From Candidatus Electronema halotolerans (lineage in GTDB: Bacteria > Desulfobacterota > Desulfobulbia > Desulfobulbales > Desulfobulbaceae): a stretch of DNA of 32,000 bases. This document shows positions 1 to 13,815 of the stretch, piece after piece (within the stretch, counting starts at the first letter, position 1; each line of letters begins with the position of its first letter). Where the stretch lies: positions 60,001 to 92,000 of the forward strand of contig OW818675.1 in assembly GCA_942493095.1 (NCBI GenBank). The letters run 5' to 3'. The notes under the pieces are model-generated. The model saw only the letters and a list, made by a program, of their open reading frames with translations. It was not told where the DNA came from and made no database searches. Position numbers and translations under genes: made by a program.

Positions 1-31
1 CAGGCAAACTATCTCACCAAGGAGGAATGTT

Positions 32-493
32 GTGAAAAGCAGGACATTATTGGCAGCGTTTGTGGTTCTGGCCGGATTGCTGCTGGCAGGCGGCATCAGC
101 ACTGCCGCCGCCGTGACCACAAATGTCTGGTACACGACCCCGGCTGACTGCGAGCGGGTGCAGGAGACCGCAAAAAAAGAGGATAAGGCCTTCATTCTCT
201 TTTTTTACGTTGACTGGTGCGGCTACTGCAAACGGCTGAAAAAAGATTTTCTTGCAAAACCTGAAGTCGAGCGGGTGCTGGCCAAATATTACCGAGTCAA
301 GATCAACCCTGAGAAAGGGGCGGAGGAGAAGGCCTTGGCAAATAAGTACGGCGTGCATGGCTTCCCCAATTTCTTGGTTGTCCGGCCTGACGGCAGCAAG
401 GTCAGAATTCATCCCTTTAAACAAGGCGGCAAAGTTTGGACAGTGGAGGAATTCATCTCCAACTTGGAAGCGGCAATGACGGCCAAGGGATGA
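32..493 (+). CDS. Exported thioredoxin-fold protein (thioredoxin_7/DUF255-like)
   Basis: 153-aa ORF, GTG start preceded by GGAGG (21-25); N-terminal signal-like hydrophobic segment; DWCGYCKRLKKDF redox motif and GVHGFPNFLVV cis-Pro region. Confidence 0.9.
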   Translation: MKSRTLLAAFVVLAGLLLAGGISTAAAVTTNVWYTTPADCERVQETAKKEDKAFILFFYVDWCGYCKRLKKDFLAKPEVERVLAKYYRVKINPEKGAEEKALANKYGVHGFPNFLVVRPDGSKVRIHPFKQGGKVWTVEEFISNLEAAMTAKG

Positions 494-597
494 GCAGCAG
501 CAGCCCTGTTCTGTGCAGCGGGGCTGGCAGCAAACTGGCAGAAACAAAGCATCTGTCAGGCATTCCGTGCAGATGCCTGCTGTGAAATCGACTGACC

Positions 598-1230
598 ATG
601 AATCAAAAAATAGGCAAGAAACTGCAAGAATGGCTTGTTGATGAAGCCGAGGACGCACCTGCTGAAACTGTTTTAGAGACATTGCACAGAAAACTGTGCA
701 AAAGGATAAAATTCTGTTTTAATACAGAAAAAAGGATAGAAGAAAAAATAAAAAACTGGCTTACTGTTGAGGAACAGGAAAACTCTGCTGATTTTATTTG
801 TATAATTGAAGAATCTTTTTTTAAAACAAGAAAAATTATAGCTGCGACAAGTCATCGTATTGTTTTGTTTGAATACAGCCTTTCAGGCACCCTGAAAGAT
901 AAAAGTGATAAAATATGGCGGCAGCTTGTATCTGTGCATTTGCAGGAAAAAATTCCTTATTCCTCGTTGGAGCTTTGCTTCTTTCAGTTTCATGATTCAA
1001 TTTTTTATCACAATCCAAATCAGTTCAGCGACAAGCCCAAGATGAAGCACTGGAGGCTTGACGAGCTGAACAAGAAAAAAGCTCGAATTTTTTATGCTTT
1101 TTTGAAAAATAAAGAAATTGCCATGAAGGAAGCGAGGCGGCAGGAGCATCTCGACAATAAAATTGTCGGCGGCATGGGAGGCATGGCGCGGCCCGGAGGA
1201 GGAGGCCCGCCTCCGGGAGGCGGAAAGTAA
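598..1230 (+). CDS. Hypothetical protein with possible bacterial PH-like domain and Gly/Pro-rich C-terminal tail
   Basis: 210-aa ORF, AT-rich relative to its surroundings; 'IIAATSHRIVLFEYSLSG' resembles a bPH-type strand pattern; tail GGMGGMARPGGGGPPPGGGK. Confidence 0.6.
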   Translation: MNQKIGKKLQEWLVDEAEDAPAETVLETLHRKLCKRIKFCFNTEKRIEEKIKNWLTVEEQENSADFICIIEESFFKTRKIIAATSHRIVLFEYSLSGTLKDKSDKIWRQLVSVHLQEKIPYSSLELCFFQFHDSIFYHNPNQFSDKPKMKHWRLDELNKKKARIFYAFLKNKEIAMKEARRQEHLDNKIVGGMGGMARPGGGGPPPGGGK

Positions 1231-1246
1231 GCCTCCGGCATTTTTC

Positions 1247-1819
1247 ATGATGCGGCAGGGCAATCAAGTGCGGAACAATGATGAGTACAGGTCGTTGACC
1301 AAGCTGCTGGCCAAGATTGGTCAAGAGGCTGGCACTTCGTTCTGCATCAGTCTCATTCCCGGCTTGGCCGGATTGCTGGCTGCCGCCCTGAACAGCGTCT
1401 TGGGCACCTTTGGCTTTCTGCTGAAATTTCGCAGTGAGAGCGCAGAGCTTGTAACAAATTTGCTGGGCGGCGGCACTGGCTTTCTTTCCCGCAAGGAGCT
1501 GCGCCGCATTAAGCTGGAATTAGTCAGATGTGCGAAAAGAAACAAGGAATACGGAAAAGCGCTGGCCTTGGTCTGCGGCATTCTGGAGACAGACGCTGAA
1601 TGCGCTGAGGCCCTGCTGCTCAAAGCCATGATCCTGCATGAAGGTTTTAATGATTCCGCAGGCGCACGCCTGTCTTTGAGAAAACTGATGCGTCTGCGTC
1701 CTGATGCGGACAACGATCTTCTGCGCCGCTGGGGAGCGGCTCTGCATGACGAGCTTTGCCTGCAACAGAAACGCGGACAGGACAATTCCTCTGATCAAGT
1801 GCGGATACGATATGAATGA
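1247..1819 (+). CDS. Hypothetical TPR-like protein with a hydrophobic segment
   Basis: ORF-track entry 1163..1819; ATG at 1247 is in frame and clears the upstream gene. 'KEYGKALALVCGILETDAECAEALLLKAMIL' is TPR-like; 'CISLIPGLAGLLAAALNSVLG' is hydrophobic. Confidence 0.6.
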   Translation: MMRQGNQVRNNDEYRSLTKLLAKIGQEAGTSFCISLIPGLAGLLAAALNSVLGTFGFLLKFRSESAELVTNLLGGGTGFLSRKELRRIKLELVRCAKRNKEYGKALALVCGILETDAECAEALLLKAMILHEGFNDSAGARLSLRKLMRLRPDADNDLLRRWGAALHDELCLQQKRGQDNSSDQVRIRYE

Positions 1820-1891
1820 TGTGAGCGCGGCTGCCGCATCTCTCTTGAATTATGCGGCAAACAGCCTGAACACGTTGGGAGGACATATATT

Positions 1892-2704
1892 TTGACACGG
1901 ATCATCGTAATCACCTCCGGCAAGGGAGGAGTCGGCAAAACCACAACCAGTGCCGCCTTTGCTATGGGCTTGGCATTGGAAGGCTACAAGACAGCGGTGA
2001 TCGATTTTGATGTCGGCCTGCGCAACTTGGATCTGGTCATGGGCTGCGAACGGCGGGTGGTCTATGACTTTGTCAACGTGATCAACAAGGAGGCCCGCCT
2101 CAATCAGGCCTTGATCCGGGACAAGCGCACTGAGAACCTTTACATCCTGCCCGCCTCGCAGACCAAGGATAAGGAGGCCCTGACTATAGACGGCGTGGAG
2201 GCGGTGCTCAATGAGCTGGCCGACACCTTTGACTACATTGTCTGCGATTCGCCGGCCGGCATCGAGCACGGGGCTTTCATGGCCATGTATTTCGCTGATG
2301 AGGCCATTGTCGTCACCAACCCAGAAATCTCCTCAGTGCGCGATTCGGACCGCATTCTTGGCCTTTTGTCCAGCAAGACCAGACGGGCGAAGGAAAACCG
2401 GCCTCCGGTCAAGGAGCATCTTCTTCTGACCCGCTACTCGCCGGAACGGGTGCTGCGAGGAGAAATGCTTTCCGTGAAAGACATTCAGGACATACTCTCC
2501 ATTCCGCTGCTGGGGGTCATCCCGGAATCTGAGGCCGTCCTGACCGCCTCCAATCAGGGGGTGCCGGTGATCGCCAACCGGAACAGCGATGCCGGGCTGG
2601 CCTATCAGGACTGCGTGGCCCGCTTTCTCGGCGAAGAAATTGAGATGCGCTTCATTGACCCGAAGAAGAAAGGGCTTCTCAGCAAGTTTTTCGGGAGCAA
2701 TTAA
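1892..2704 (+). CDS. minD: Septum site-determining ATPase MinD
   Basis: TTG start with GGGAGG upstream (1877-1882); MTRIIVITSGKGGVGKTTTSAA deviant Walker A; DFDVGLRNLDLVMGCERRVVYDFVNV; C-terminal amphipathic tail KKGLLSKFFG. Confidence 0.97.
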   Translation: MTRIIVITSGKGGVGKTTTSAAFAMGLALEGYKTAVIDFDVGLRNLDLVMGCERRVVYDFVNVINKEARLNQALIRDKRTENLYILPASQTKDKEALTIDGVEAVLNELADTFDYIVCDSPAGIEHGAFMAMYFADEAIVVTNPEISSVRDSDRILGLLSSKTRRAKENRPPVKEHLLLTRYSPERVLRGEMLSVKDIQDILSIPLLGVIPESEAVLTASNQGVPVIANRNSDAGLAYQDCVARFLGEEIEMRFIDPKKKGLLSKFFGSN

Positions 2705-2973
2705 TGGGCCTTTTTGACTATTTCCATGCCAATCGCAGATCGGCGGAGGTGGCCAAGGAGCGGTTGAGCATCCTGATTGCCAGGGATCAGATACAGAGAA
2801 ATCAGCCCTCCTTTCTGCCCCAGCTCCAAGACGAGCTGCTGGAGGTGATCAAGAAGTATGTGGACATTGATCAGGACGATGTCTCGATCACCTTGGACCG
2901 GGAAGATGACTGTGAGATTCTGGAGCTGAACATCGCCCTGCCGGAAAAACCGCGCCAGCGGCAGACTGACTGA
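2704..2973 (+). CDS. minE: Cell division topological specificity factor MinE
   Basis: 89 aa, starts MGLFDYF..., 'AKERLSILIARDQ' MinD-binding helix; overlaps minD stop (TAATG). Confidence 0.95.
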   Translation: MGLFDYFHANRRSAEVAKERLSILIARDQIQRNQPSFLPQLQDELLEVIKKYVDIDQDDVSITLDREDDCEILELNIALPEKPRQRQTD

Positions 2974-3359
2974 TGCCGTCCCGGCCCAAGCAGCGGCGCA
3001 GCGCTTCCACGACGCAGATTGGCCAGGCCGGCGAAGAGGCGGCTGCCCGCTACTTGGAGCAGCAGGGCTGGGTGATCTTGGCCCGGAACTGCCGTCTGCC
3101 TGGAGGCGAGATTGACATCATTGCCAATGACGGCGGCTGTCTGGTCTTTGTCGAGGTCAAGACCCGGCGCGGCAGCCGTTTCGGCAGTCCGTTCGAGGCA
3201 GTTGACAGCCGCAAGCAGCAGCGGCTGACCACGGCGGCCTTGGCCTACATGAATGAGCACCGCTTGGACATGGCAGCCCGGTTTGATGTGGCTGCCGTGT
3301 TTCCTGAACAGGATTCCTTCCGCGTCGAGCTGCTGCGCAACGCCTTTGACTGCGTATAG
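2973..3359 (+). CDS. yraN: YraN/UPF0102 family endonuclease-like protein
   Basis: GEEAAARYLEQQGWVILARNCRLPGGEIDIIANDGGCLVFVEVKTRRGSRFG signature; overlaps minE stop (TGATG). Confidence 0.92.
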   Translation: MPSRPKQRRSASTTQIGQAGEEAAARYLEQQGWVILARNCRLPGGEIDIIANDGGCLVFVEVKTRRGSRFGSPFEAVDSRKQQRLTTAALAYMNEHRLDMAARFDVAAVFPEQDSFRVELLRNAFDCV

Positions 3360-3486
3360 CTTAGGTGCGGATTCAAGCCCCAAGCGCAACTTTTCAGCAA
3401 TCTGTCTCTTGCATCCTGTTTCAAGACAGGTGCTCGCTTCTTTCTGTCTGAGAGAGCGGGCTTGAGATTTAATCCCCCGTAGTTTC

Positions 3487-5415
<1,929 letters not shown>

Positions 5416-5442
5416 TATGAAAGCGAACTCAATGAAACGGTT

Positions 5443-6661
5443 GTGAATATCTGCATGGTGGTCTGGAAGTTTTATCCTTGCCCGGAAGGGGGCGCGGAAC
5501 GTCAGTGCCGCAGGCTGGCTGTTGAGCTGACCCGGCAGGGCCATTGCTGTGAGGTGCTGACCAGCCGCCTGCGCCTGGAGTTGCTGCCGACAGAGGAGAT
5601 GCCGGAAGGATACCACGTGCGGCGGCTGGGCCGCTTGGCTTGGCTTGACGAATCCTGCAAAAAGCGGCTGTCGATTCTGCGCAACAGGCTGCCGGAACAG
5701 CTTGCTGACATAGCCTCTTTCTGGCTGCCGCTGCCTTTTGTCCGACTGGCCCGTTTTTCCTTCATGCTGGCCCTGCGCCAGTTTTTCAGACAGCATTGCC
5801 AGCAGATTGATGTCGTCCATGTTCATGAGGCGCACTGGATTGCCGGGGCCGTAGTCTGGGCCTGCCAAGGCTTGGGCCTGCCAGTGGTCTGCAAGGAAGC
5901 CTCTTTCCCTGCCGCCGCTGCAATCAGTTATGATGCGCCGATGCGCCGGGTGCTGGCCCGCTGCCGCCAGCAGGCGCATTTCATCGCTTTGACGGAACCT
6001 GTGGCAGAGTCGCTGCGCAGTAGCTGCGGCATTCCTGCCGAGCGAATCAGCATCATTCCCAACGGGGTGGCACTGCCTGCGGCAAGCAGCCCGGTCATCG
6101 GCTCCAAGGACGTGGTCTATGTTGGCAATCTCAGCCAAGGCAGCCGCTGGAAGGCCTTTGACATCCTCTTTGCCGCGTGGGTGCAGATGCAGCAGCATGA
6201 TCAGGGCAGGACGCGGCTGGTGGTGCTGGGTGCGGGCGATTCCACGCCGTGGCAGCAGTATTTGCAGGAGCAGGGCTGCCAAGCTGCGGTGCATTTTGCA
6301 GGAGCAGTCCCGGATGTCAGCGAATATCTGCGCCAAGCGCGGCTCTTTGTTCTGCCGTCGCGGGTGGAAGGCCTGTCCAACGCTTTGCTGGAAGCCATGA
6401 GCTGGGGGCTGCCAGTGCTCGTCTCAGATATTCCGGCCAATCTGTCTGTGGTGCGGCATCAGGAAAACGGCTGGGTGGTGCCGGTCAATGACAGCCAGGC
6501 ACTGGCTGCGGCAATGCTGCAGCTCTTGGCTGATGAGCCGCTTTCTCTGCAATTGGGTCGGGCGGCGCGGCAGACGATTGCGGACAGATACACCATTCAG
6601 CAGGTCGCGGAGCAGCTTGCCGGGCTGTACAGGCGACTGACTGCCTCTTGTCCTCGGCCCG

Positions 6662-6669
<8 letters not shown>
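5443..6669 (+). CDS. GT4-type glycosyltransferase
   Basis: 408 aa, GTG start; 'YPCPEGGAERQCRRLAVEL', 'VVYVGNLSQGSRWKAFDILF', 'VLPSRVEGLSNALLEAMSWGLPVLVSDI' E-x7-E motif. 3' end overlaps the convergent histidine kinase by 8 bp. Confidence 0.9.
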
Positions 6670-10138
<3,469 letters not shown>

Positions 10139-10240
10139 AAAAAACAGGCCCCCGGCTCTTTCCTTGATTTTGCACAGCTTTTCCCTTCAGCGGCCAGCAG
10201 GCGGCATTGCCGTAAAAAAGCTGTTAAATTCGATGATTAG

Positions 10241-10268
10241 TTGACAAGTCTGTTCTGGACGGTACAAT
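10241..10268 (+). promoter_or_regulatory. Sigma70-like promoter for the corrinoid operon
   Basis: TTGACA (10241-10246), 16-bp spacer, TACAAT (10263-10268). Confidence 0.65.
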
Positions 10269-10319
10269 AGCATTCAGAGACAATCCGCAACAATTCATTC
10301 TTTTTTGAGGAGTGCGTCC

Positions 10320-10961
10320 ATGAGCAGCGCGGCAGCCCGCAGCCTGAATTTTGCTGACCGGCTTTTGTCCTTGGACAGGCTGGGAGCGGAGGAGATGCTG
10401 GAGCAAGCTGAAGGTCGGCAGCCTCTTCTGCTGATTGAGGAACTGATTGTTCCTGCCCTTGAGGAAATTGGCCACCGCTGGGAACGGGGTGAGACCGCTC
10501 TGGCGCAGGTCTATATGAGCAGCCGGATCTGCGAGGAGCTGATGGCCCGCTTTCTGCCGTCATCCAGCCCGGAGCGGCTCAAGCAGCCCAAGCTCGGCAT
10601 CGCCCTTTTGGACGACTACCATGCCTTGGGCAAGATCATTGTCTGCGCCGCCCTCCGGGCCAGCGGCTGGGACCTGCATGACTACGGCAGGATGACCGCG
10701 CCGGAGCTGGCCGAGCAGGTGATTGAGGATCAGATCGGCATTCTTTTAGTTTCCACGCTCATGCTCCGCTCGGCCCTGCAAGTCAAGGAGCTGCAGGCGC
10801 GGCTGACTGCTGCCGGTTCTCAGACCAAAATCATAGTCGGCGGCGCGCCCTTTCGTTTTGACCCGGAACTCTGGCTGGAAGTGGGCGCGGACGCGACCGG
10901 CAACGACGCTGCCGAGGCAGTGCGGGCCGTGGCCCGCTGCATGGAGGAGTTTTCCCAATGA
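10320..10961 (+). CDS. Corrinoid (cobalamin)-binding protein, MtaC/MtbC-like with B12-binding cap domain
   Basis: ATG 10320 preceded by GAGGAG; cap 'EEIGHRWERGETALAQVYMSSRICEELM'; 'DYHALGKIIV' (DxHxxG), 'LLVSTLML' (SxL), 'IIVGGAPF' (GG). Confidence 0.9.
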   Translation: MSSAAARSLNFADRLLSLDRLGAEEMLEQAEGRQPLLLIEELIVPALEEIGHRWERGETALAQVYMSSRICEELMARFLPSSSPERLKQPKLGIALLDDYHALGKIIVCAALRASGWDLHDYGRMTAPELAEQVIEDQIGILLVSTLMLRSALQVKELQARLTAAGSQTKIIVGGAPFRFDPELWLEVGADATGNDAAEAVRAVARCMEEFSQ

Positions 10962-11986
10962 AGACAATGACCTCAATGGAGCGGGTCATGACCGCCCTCA
11001 GTCACCAGGAGCCAGACCGGGTGCCCTTTTTTCACCTCCTCACCATGCACGGGGCCAAAGAGCTGGGCCTGAGCATCCGCGACTATTTCAGCAAGGCCGG
11101 GCAGGTGATTGAGGGCCAGCTTCGCCTGCGGGCAAAGTACCGGCATGACTGCTTTTACTCACTGCTCTACGGCGCGGCGGAGTTTGAAGCCTTTGGCGGC
11201 GAGGTGATCTGGTACGAGGACGGCCCGCCCAACAGCGGCGAGCCAGTTCTGAAAACGCCGGCAGACATTCTGCGGCTGGAAGCACCAGTGCCGGAGGAGG
11301 TGCCCTGCCTGCGCCGGATGCTGGAGGTGATCAGCGGCTTGAAAGAACGGTGCGGCGATGAGGTGCCGATCATTGGCGTGGCCATTGCTCCCTTTTCTCT
11401 GCCGGTCATGCAGATGGGCTTTCCCGCCTATATTGAATTGCTCTATGAGGAGCCGGAGTTATTCAAACGGTTGATGGCTGTCAATCAGGAGTTCTGCGTT
11501 GCCTTGGCCAATGCCCAGTTTCAGGCCGGAGCAACCACGGTCTGCTATTTTGACCCGCTCGCCTCGCCGGACCTGATTCCAACGGAACTGTACCGCCGCA
11601 CCGGGCTGCTTGCGGCCCGGCACTGCCTGAACCATTTCAACGGCCCGCCCTGCGTCCATCTTGGTTCCAGCCGCTGCCTGCCGGTGATTGAGGAGCTGGC
11701 CGCGCTTGGCGCGGCAGCAGTCGGGGTCAGCGCGCTGGAGGATTTGGCCGCGGTCAAGGCGGCCTGCAAAGGCCGGATCACAGTGGCAGGCAACCTGAAC
11801 GGCATTGCCATGCGCCGCTGGAGCGCGGCCCAAGCTGAGGCGGAAGTGAAAAAGGCGATTGCCGCCGCTGCTGCGGGCGGCGGTTTCATTCTGACGGACA
11901 ATCACGGCGAAATTCCTTGGCAGATCAAGGATGAGACCCTGCTGGCCATTTCTGAGGCCGTGCATGAATGGGGGCGGTATTCATGA
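10958..11986 (+). CDS. Uroporphyrinogen decarboxylase-family (MtaA/MtbA-like) protein
   Basis: ATGA overlap with the corrinoid gene; 'MERVMTALSHQEPDRVPFFHLLTMHGAKELGLS', 'VAGNLNGIAMRRWSAAQAEAEVKKAI', 'GGGFILTDNHGEIPWQI'. Confidence 0.88.
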   Translation: MKTMTSMERVMTALSHQEPDRVPFFHLLTMHGAKELGLSIRDYFSKAGQVIEGQLRLRAKYRHDCFYSLLYGAAEFEAFGGEVIWYEDGPPNSGEPVLKTPADILRLEAPVPEEVPCLRRMLEVISGLKERCGDEVPIIGVAIAPFSLPVMQMGFPAYIELLYEEPELFKRLMAVNQEFCVALANAQFQAGATTVCYFDPLASPDLIPTELYRRTGLLAARHCLNHFNGPPCVHLGSSRCLPVIEELAALGAAAVGVSALEDLAAVKAACKGRITVAGNLNGIAMRRWSAAQAEAEVKKAIAAAAAGGGFILTDNHGEIPWQIKDETLLAISEAVHEWGRYS

Positions 11987-13815
11987 CCCTCTGCTTCTTG
12001 GTCTGTGAGCATCTTCATGCTGACATGACTGCGGCGGCCCAAGCACAAGGGCTGACCGGCATTGAGCTGCGTGCTTTTCCGGCCCGCTGCGGCGGCCCGC
12101 CCTTGAGTGCCGAGGAGCTGACCGAACTGGCAGCACAGAGCAATGCTGAAGAAAAAGAGTTCTTTGGTTGCGGCTGCATAGGGCAGGAGATAGAAATCCC
12201 TGGCTGCCGGATTCGACGGCTGGAACAGTGCTTTCACCTGCTGATCAGTCCGACCTTGGCGGATGCGCTCCAGCGGAGCGGGGCCTGCCTGCTCACCTCC
12301 GGCTGGCTGGCCTGCTGGCGGCAGGAGCTGAACGAAGAAAAAGGACTTGGCGTTTTTTGGAATAAAATGATCCTGCTTGACACCAAGGCTGACCCGCAGG
12401 CGGAGCAGCATCTTGCTGAATTGGCCGCCTGTCTCCATCTGCCTATGGAAATCATGCCGGTCGGATTAGGATATGCCGGACTGTTTCTTGCCGCCGCCGC
12501 TGGCGAGCACCGGCAGAAAAAGCTCCAGCGGCAGGAGGAGGAGTCGCGGCGGCAGGCGGCGGAATCGGCCATGACCTTGGACATGCTCGGCCTGGTGGTC
12601 AAGGCGGCTTCTGAGGCCGAAGTGCTGGACGGCATTGCGGAACTGTTCCGCATGCTTTTCGCGCCCAAGGAGGTTCACTGCCTGCCAGTGGTCAGAGGGG
12701 GCCTGACTTCTGACCGGCTGGCCGTCCTGACCCCGGAGGAGCGGCAGAGCGCGGAAGAGCTGCTGACCCAGAGTGAACGGCAGCATGAACTGACTGCCAG
12801 CGGCGACGGGTTCTTTTTGCGCCTTGGCACTGACAGCGTGACTTCGGTGCTGGTGCTGGTCCGGCAGGTCACTTTTCCCCAGCATCTGTATTCCTACATC
12901 AACACGGCCCTGAATGTCGCCGGAGTCTGCGCCTTGGCAGTCGAGCATGTGCGCATTCTGAAAAAACTGCTCGACACCTCCCGGCTGGCAGGCAAGGCGG
13001 AAGTGGCCACTGAGGTGCTGCACAATGTCGGCAACACCTTCAACAGCATTTCCGTGGCCTCGGAGCGGCTGCGGGAAATGCTCCGGCAGAGCGGCTGTGT
13101 GACCCTGCCGCCGATCATCAAGCTGATCGAGGAGCACCAGGATAATCTGAGCGCGTTTTGCAGCACTGATCCCAGAGGCCAGAAGCTGCCCCGCTATTTT
13201 GCCAGCCTCTCTGGTCGGCTCATGCAGGAGCGGGAGCTGATGCTGGAGGAGGTGGGCCAGCAGCTCCGCCATATCCGCCGGGCAGCGGAAATCATCCGCA
13301 CCCAGCAGGACACGGCCAGGGGCAAGGGCTTTGTCGAGCTGCTCGACCTGCCAGCGGTGCTGGAGGAAAGTTTGGATATTTTCAGCAAAAAAATCATTGA
13401 GCGGCAGATCATTGTGGCGCGGGACTATGCTGTCCTGCCGCCGATCCGGGGCGAGCGGCACAAAATCCTCCAGATTGTCGGCAATTTGATCAGCAATGCG
13501 GCGGAAGCCTTTGATGGTCTTGAGGAACGGGAAAAGAAAATCACCTTACGCCTTTACCCTGCGGGCGGCAGCAAAGACGCTGGAGCTGTGCTGGAAGTGG
13601 AGGACAACGGCAAAGGCATCACCAAGGCTTTCATGGAGCGAATTTTTCAGTTCGGCTTCAGCGGCAAAGAGGGCGGCCACGGCTTTGGCCTGCACAATGC
13701 CGCCAACTTGGCCGCTGAAATGGACGGCTCGCTGCGGGCGGAAAGCGCGGGCAAGGATAAGGGCGCAATCTTCCGGCTGCTCCTGCCAACCGTGGCGGAC
13801 CGGAGACGGCAATGA
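11983..13815 (+). CDS. Histidine kinase with N-terminal DUF1638-like domain
   Basis: ATG 11983 overlaps the upstream stop (ATGA). N-terminus 'LCFLVCEHLHADM...FFGCGCIG...CFHLLISPTLADALQRSGACLLTSGWLACWR' resembles DUF1638; C-terminus 'AEVATEVLHNVGNTFNSISV' H-box, 'IVGNLISNAAEAF', 'VEDNGKGI', 'GGHGFGLHNAANLA'. Confidence 0.85.
   Translation: MTLCFLVCEHLHADMTAAAQAQGLTGIELRAFPARCGGPPLSAEELTELAAQSNAEEKEFFGCGCIGQEIEIPGCRIRRLEQCFHLLISPTLADALQRSGACLLTSGWLACWRQELNEEKGLGVFWNKMILLDTKADPQAEQHLAELAACLHLPMEIMPVGLGYAGLFLAAAAGEHRQKKLQRQEEESRRQAAESAMTLDMLGLVVKAASEAEVLDGIAELFRMLFAPKEVHCLPVVRGGLTSDRLAVLTPEERQSAEELLTQSERQHELTASGDGFFLRLGTDSVTSVLVLVRQVTFPQHLYSYINTALNVAGVCALAVEHVRILKKLLDTSRLAGKAEVATEVLHNVGNTFNSISVASERLREMLRQSGCVTLPPIIKLIEEHQDNLSAFCSTDPRGQKLPRYFASLSGRLMQERELMLEEVGQQLRHIRRAAEIIRTQQDTARGKGFVELLDLPAVLEESLDIFSKKIIERQIIVARDYAVLPPIRGERHKILQIVGNLISNAAEAFDGLEEREKKITLRLYPAGGSKDAGAVLEVEDNGKGITKAFMERIFQFGFSGKEGGHGFGLHNAANLAAEMDGSLRAESAGKDKGAIFRLLLPTVADRRRQ

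Noticed and set aside
1812-1895. 27-codon ORF between the TPR-like gene and minD
   Set aside because: Too short and no recognisable motif; it could serve translational coupling, but this cannot be supported as a gene.
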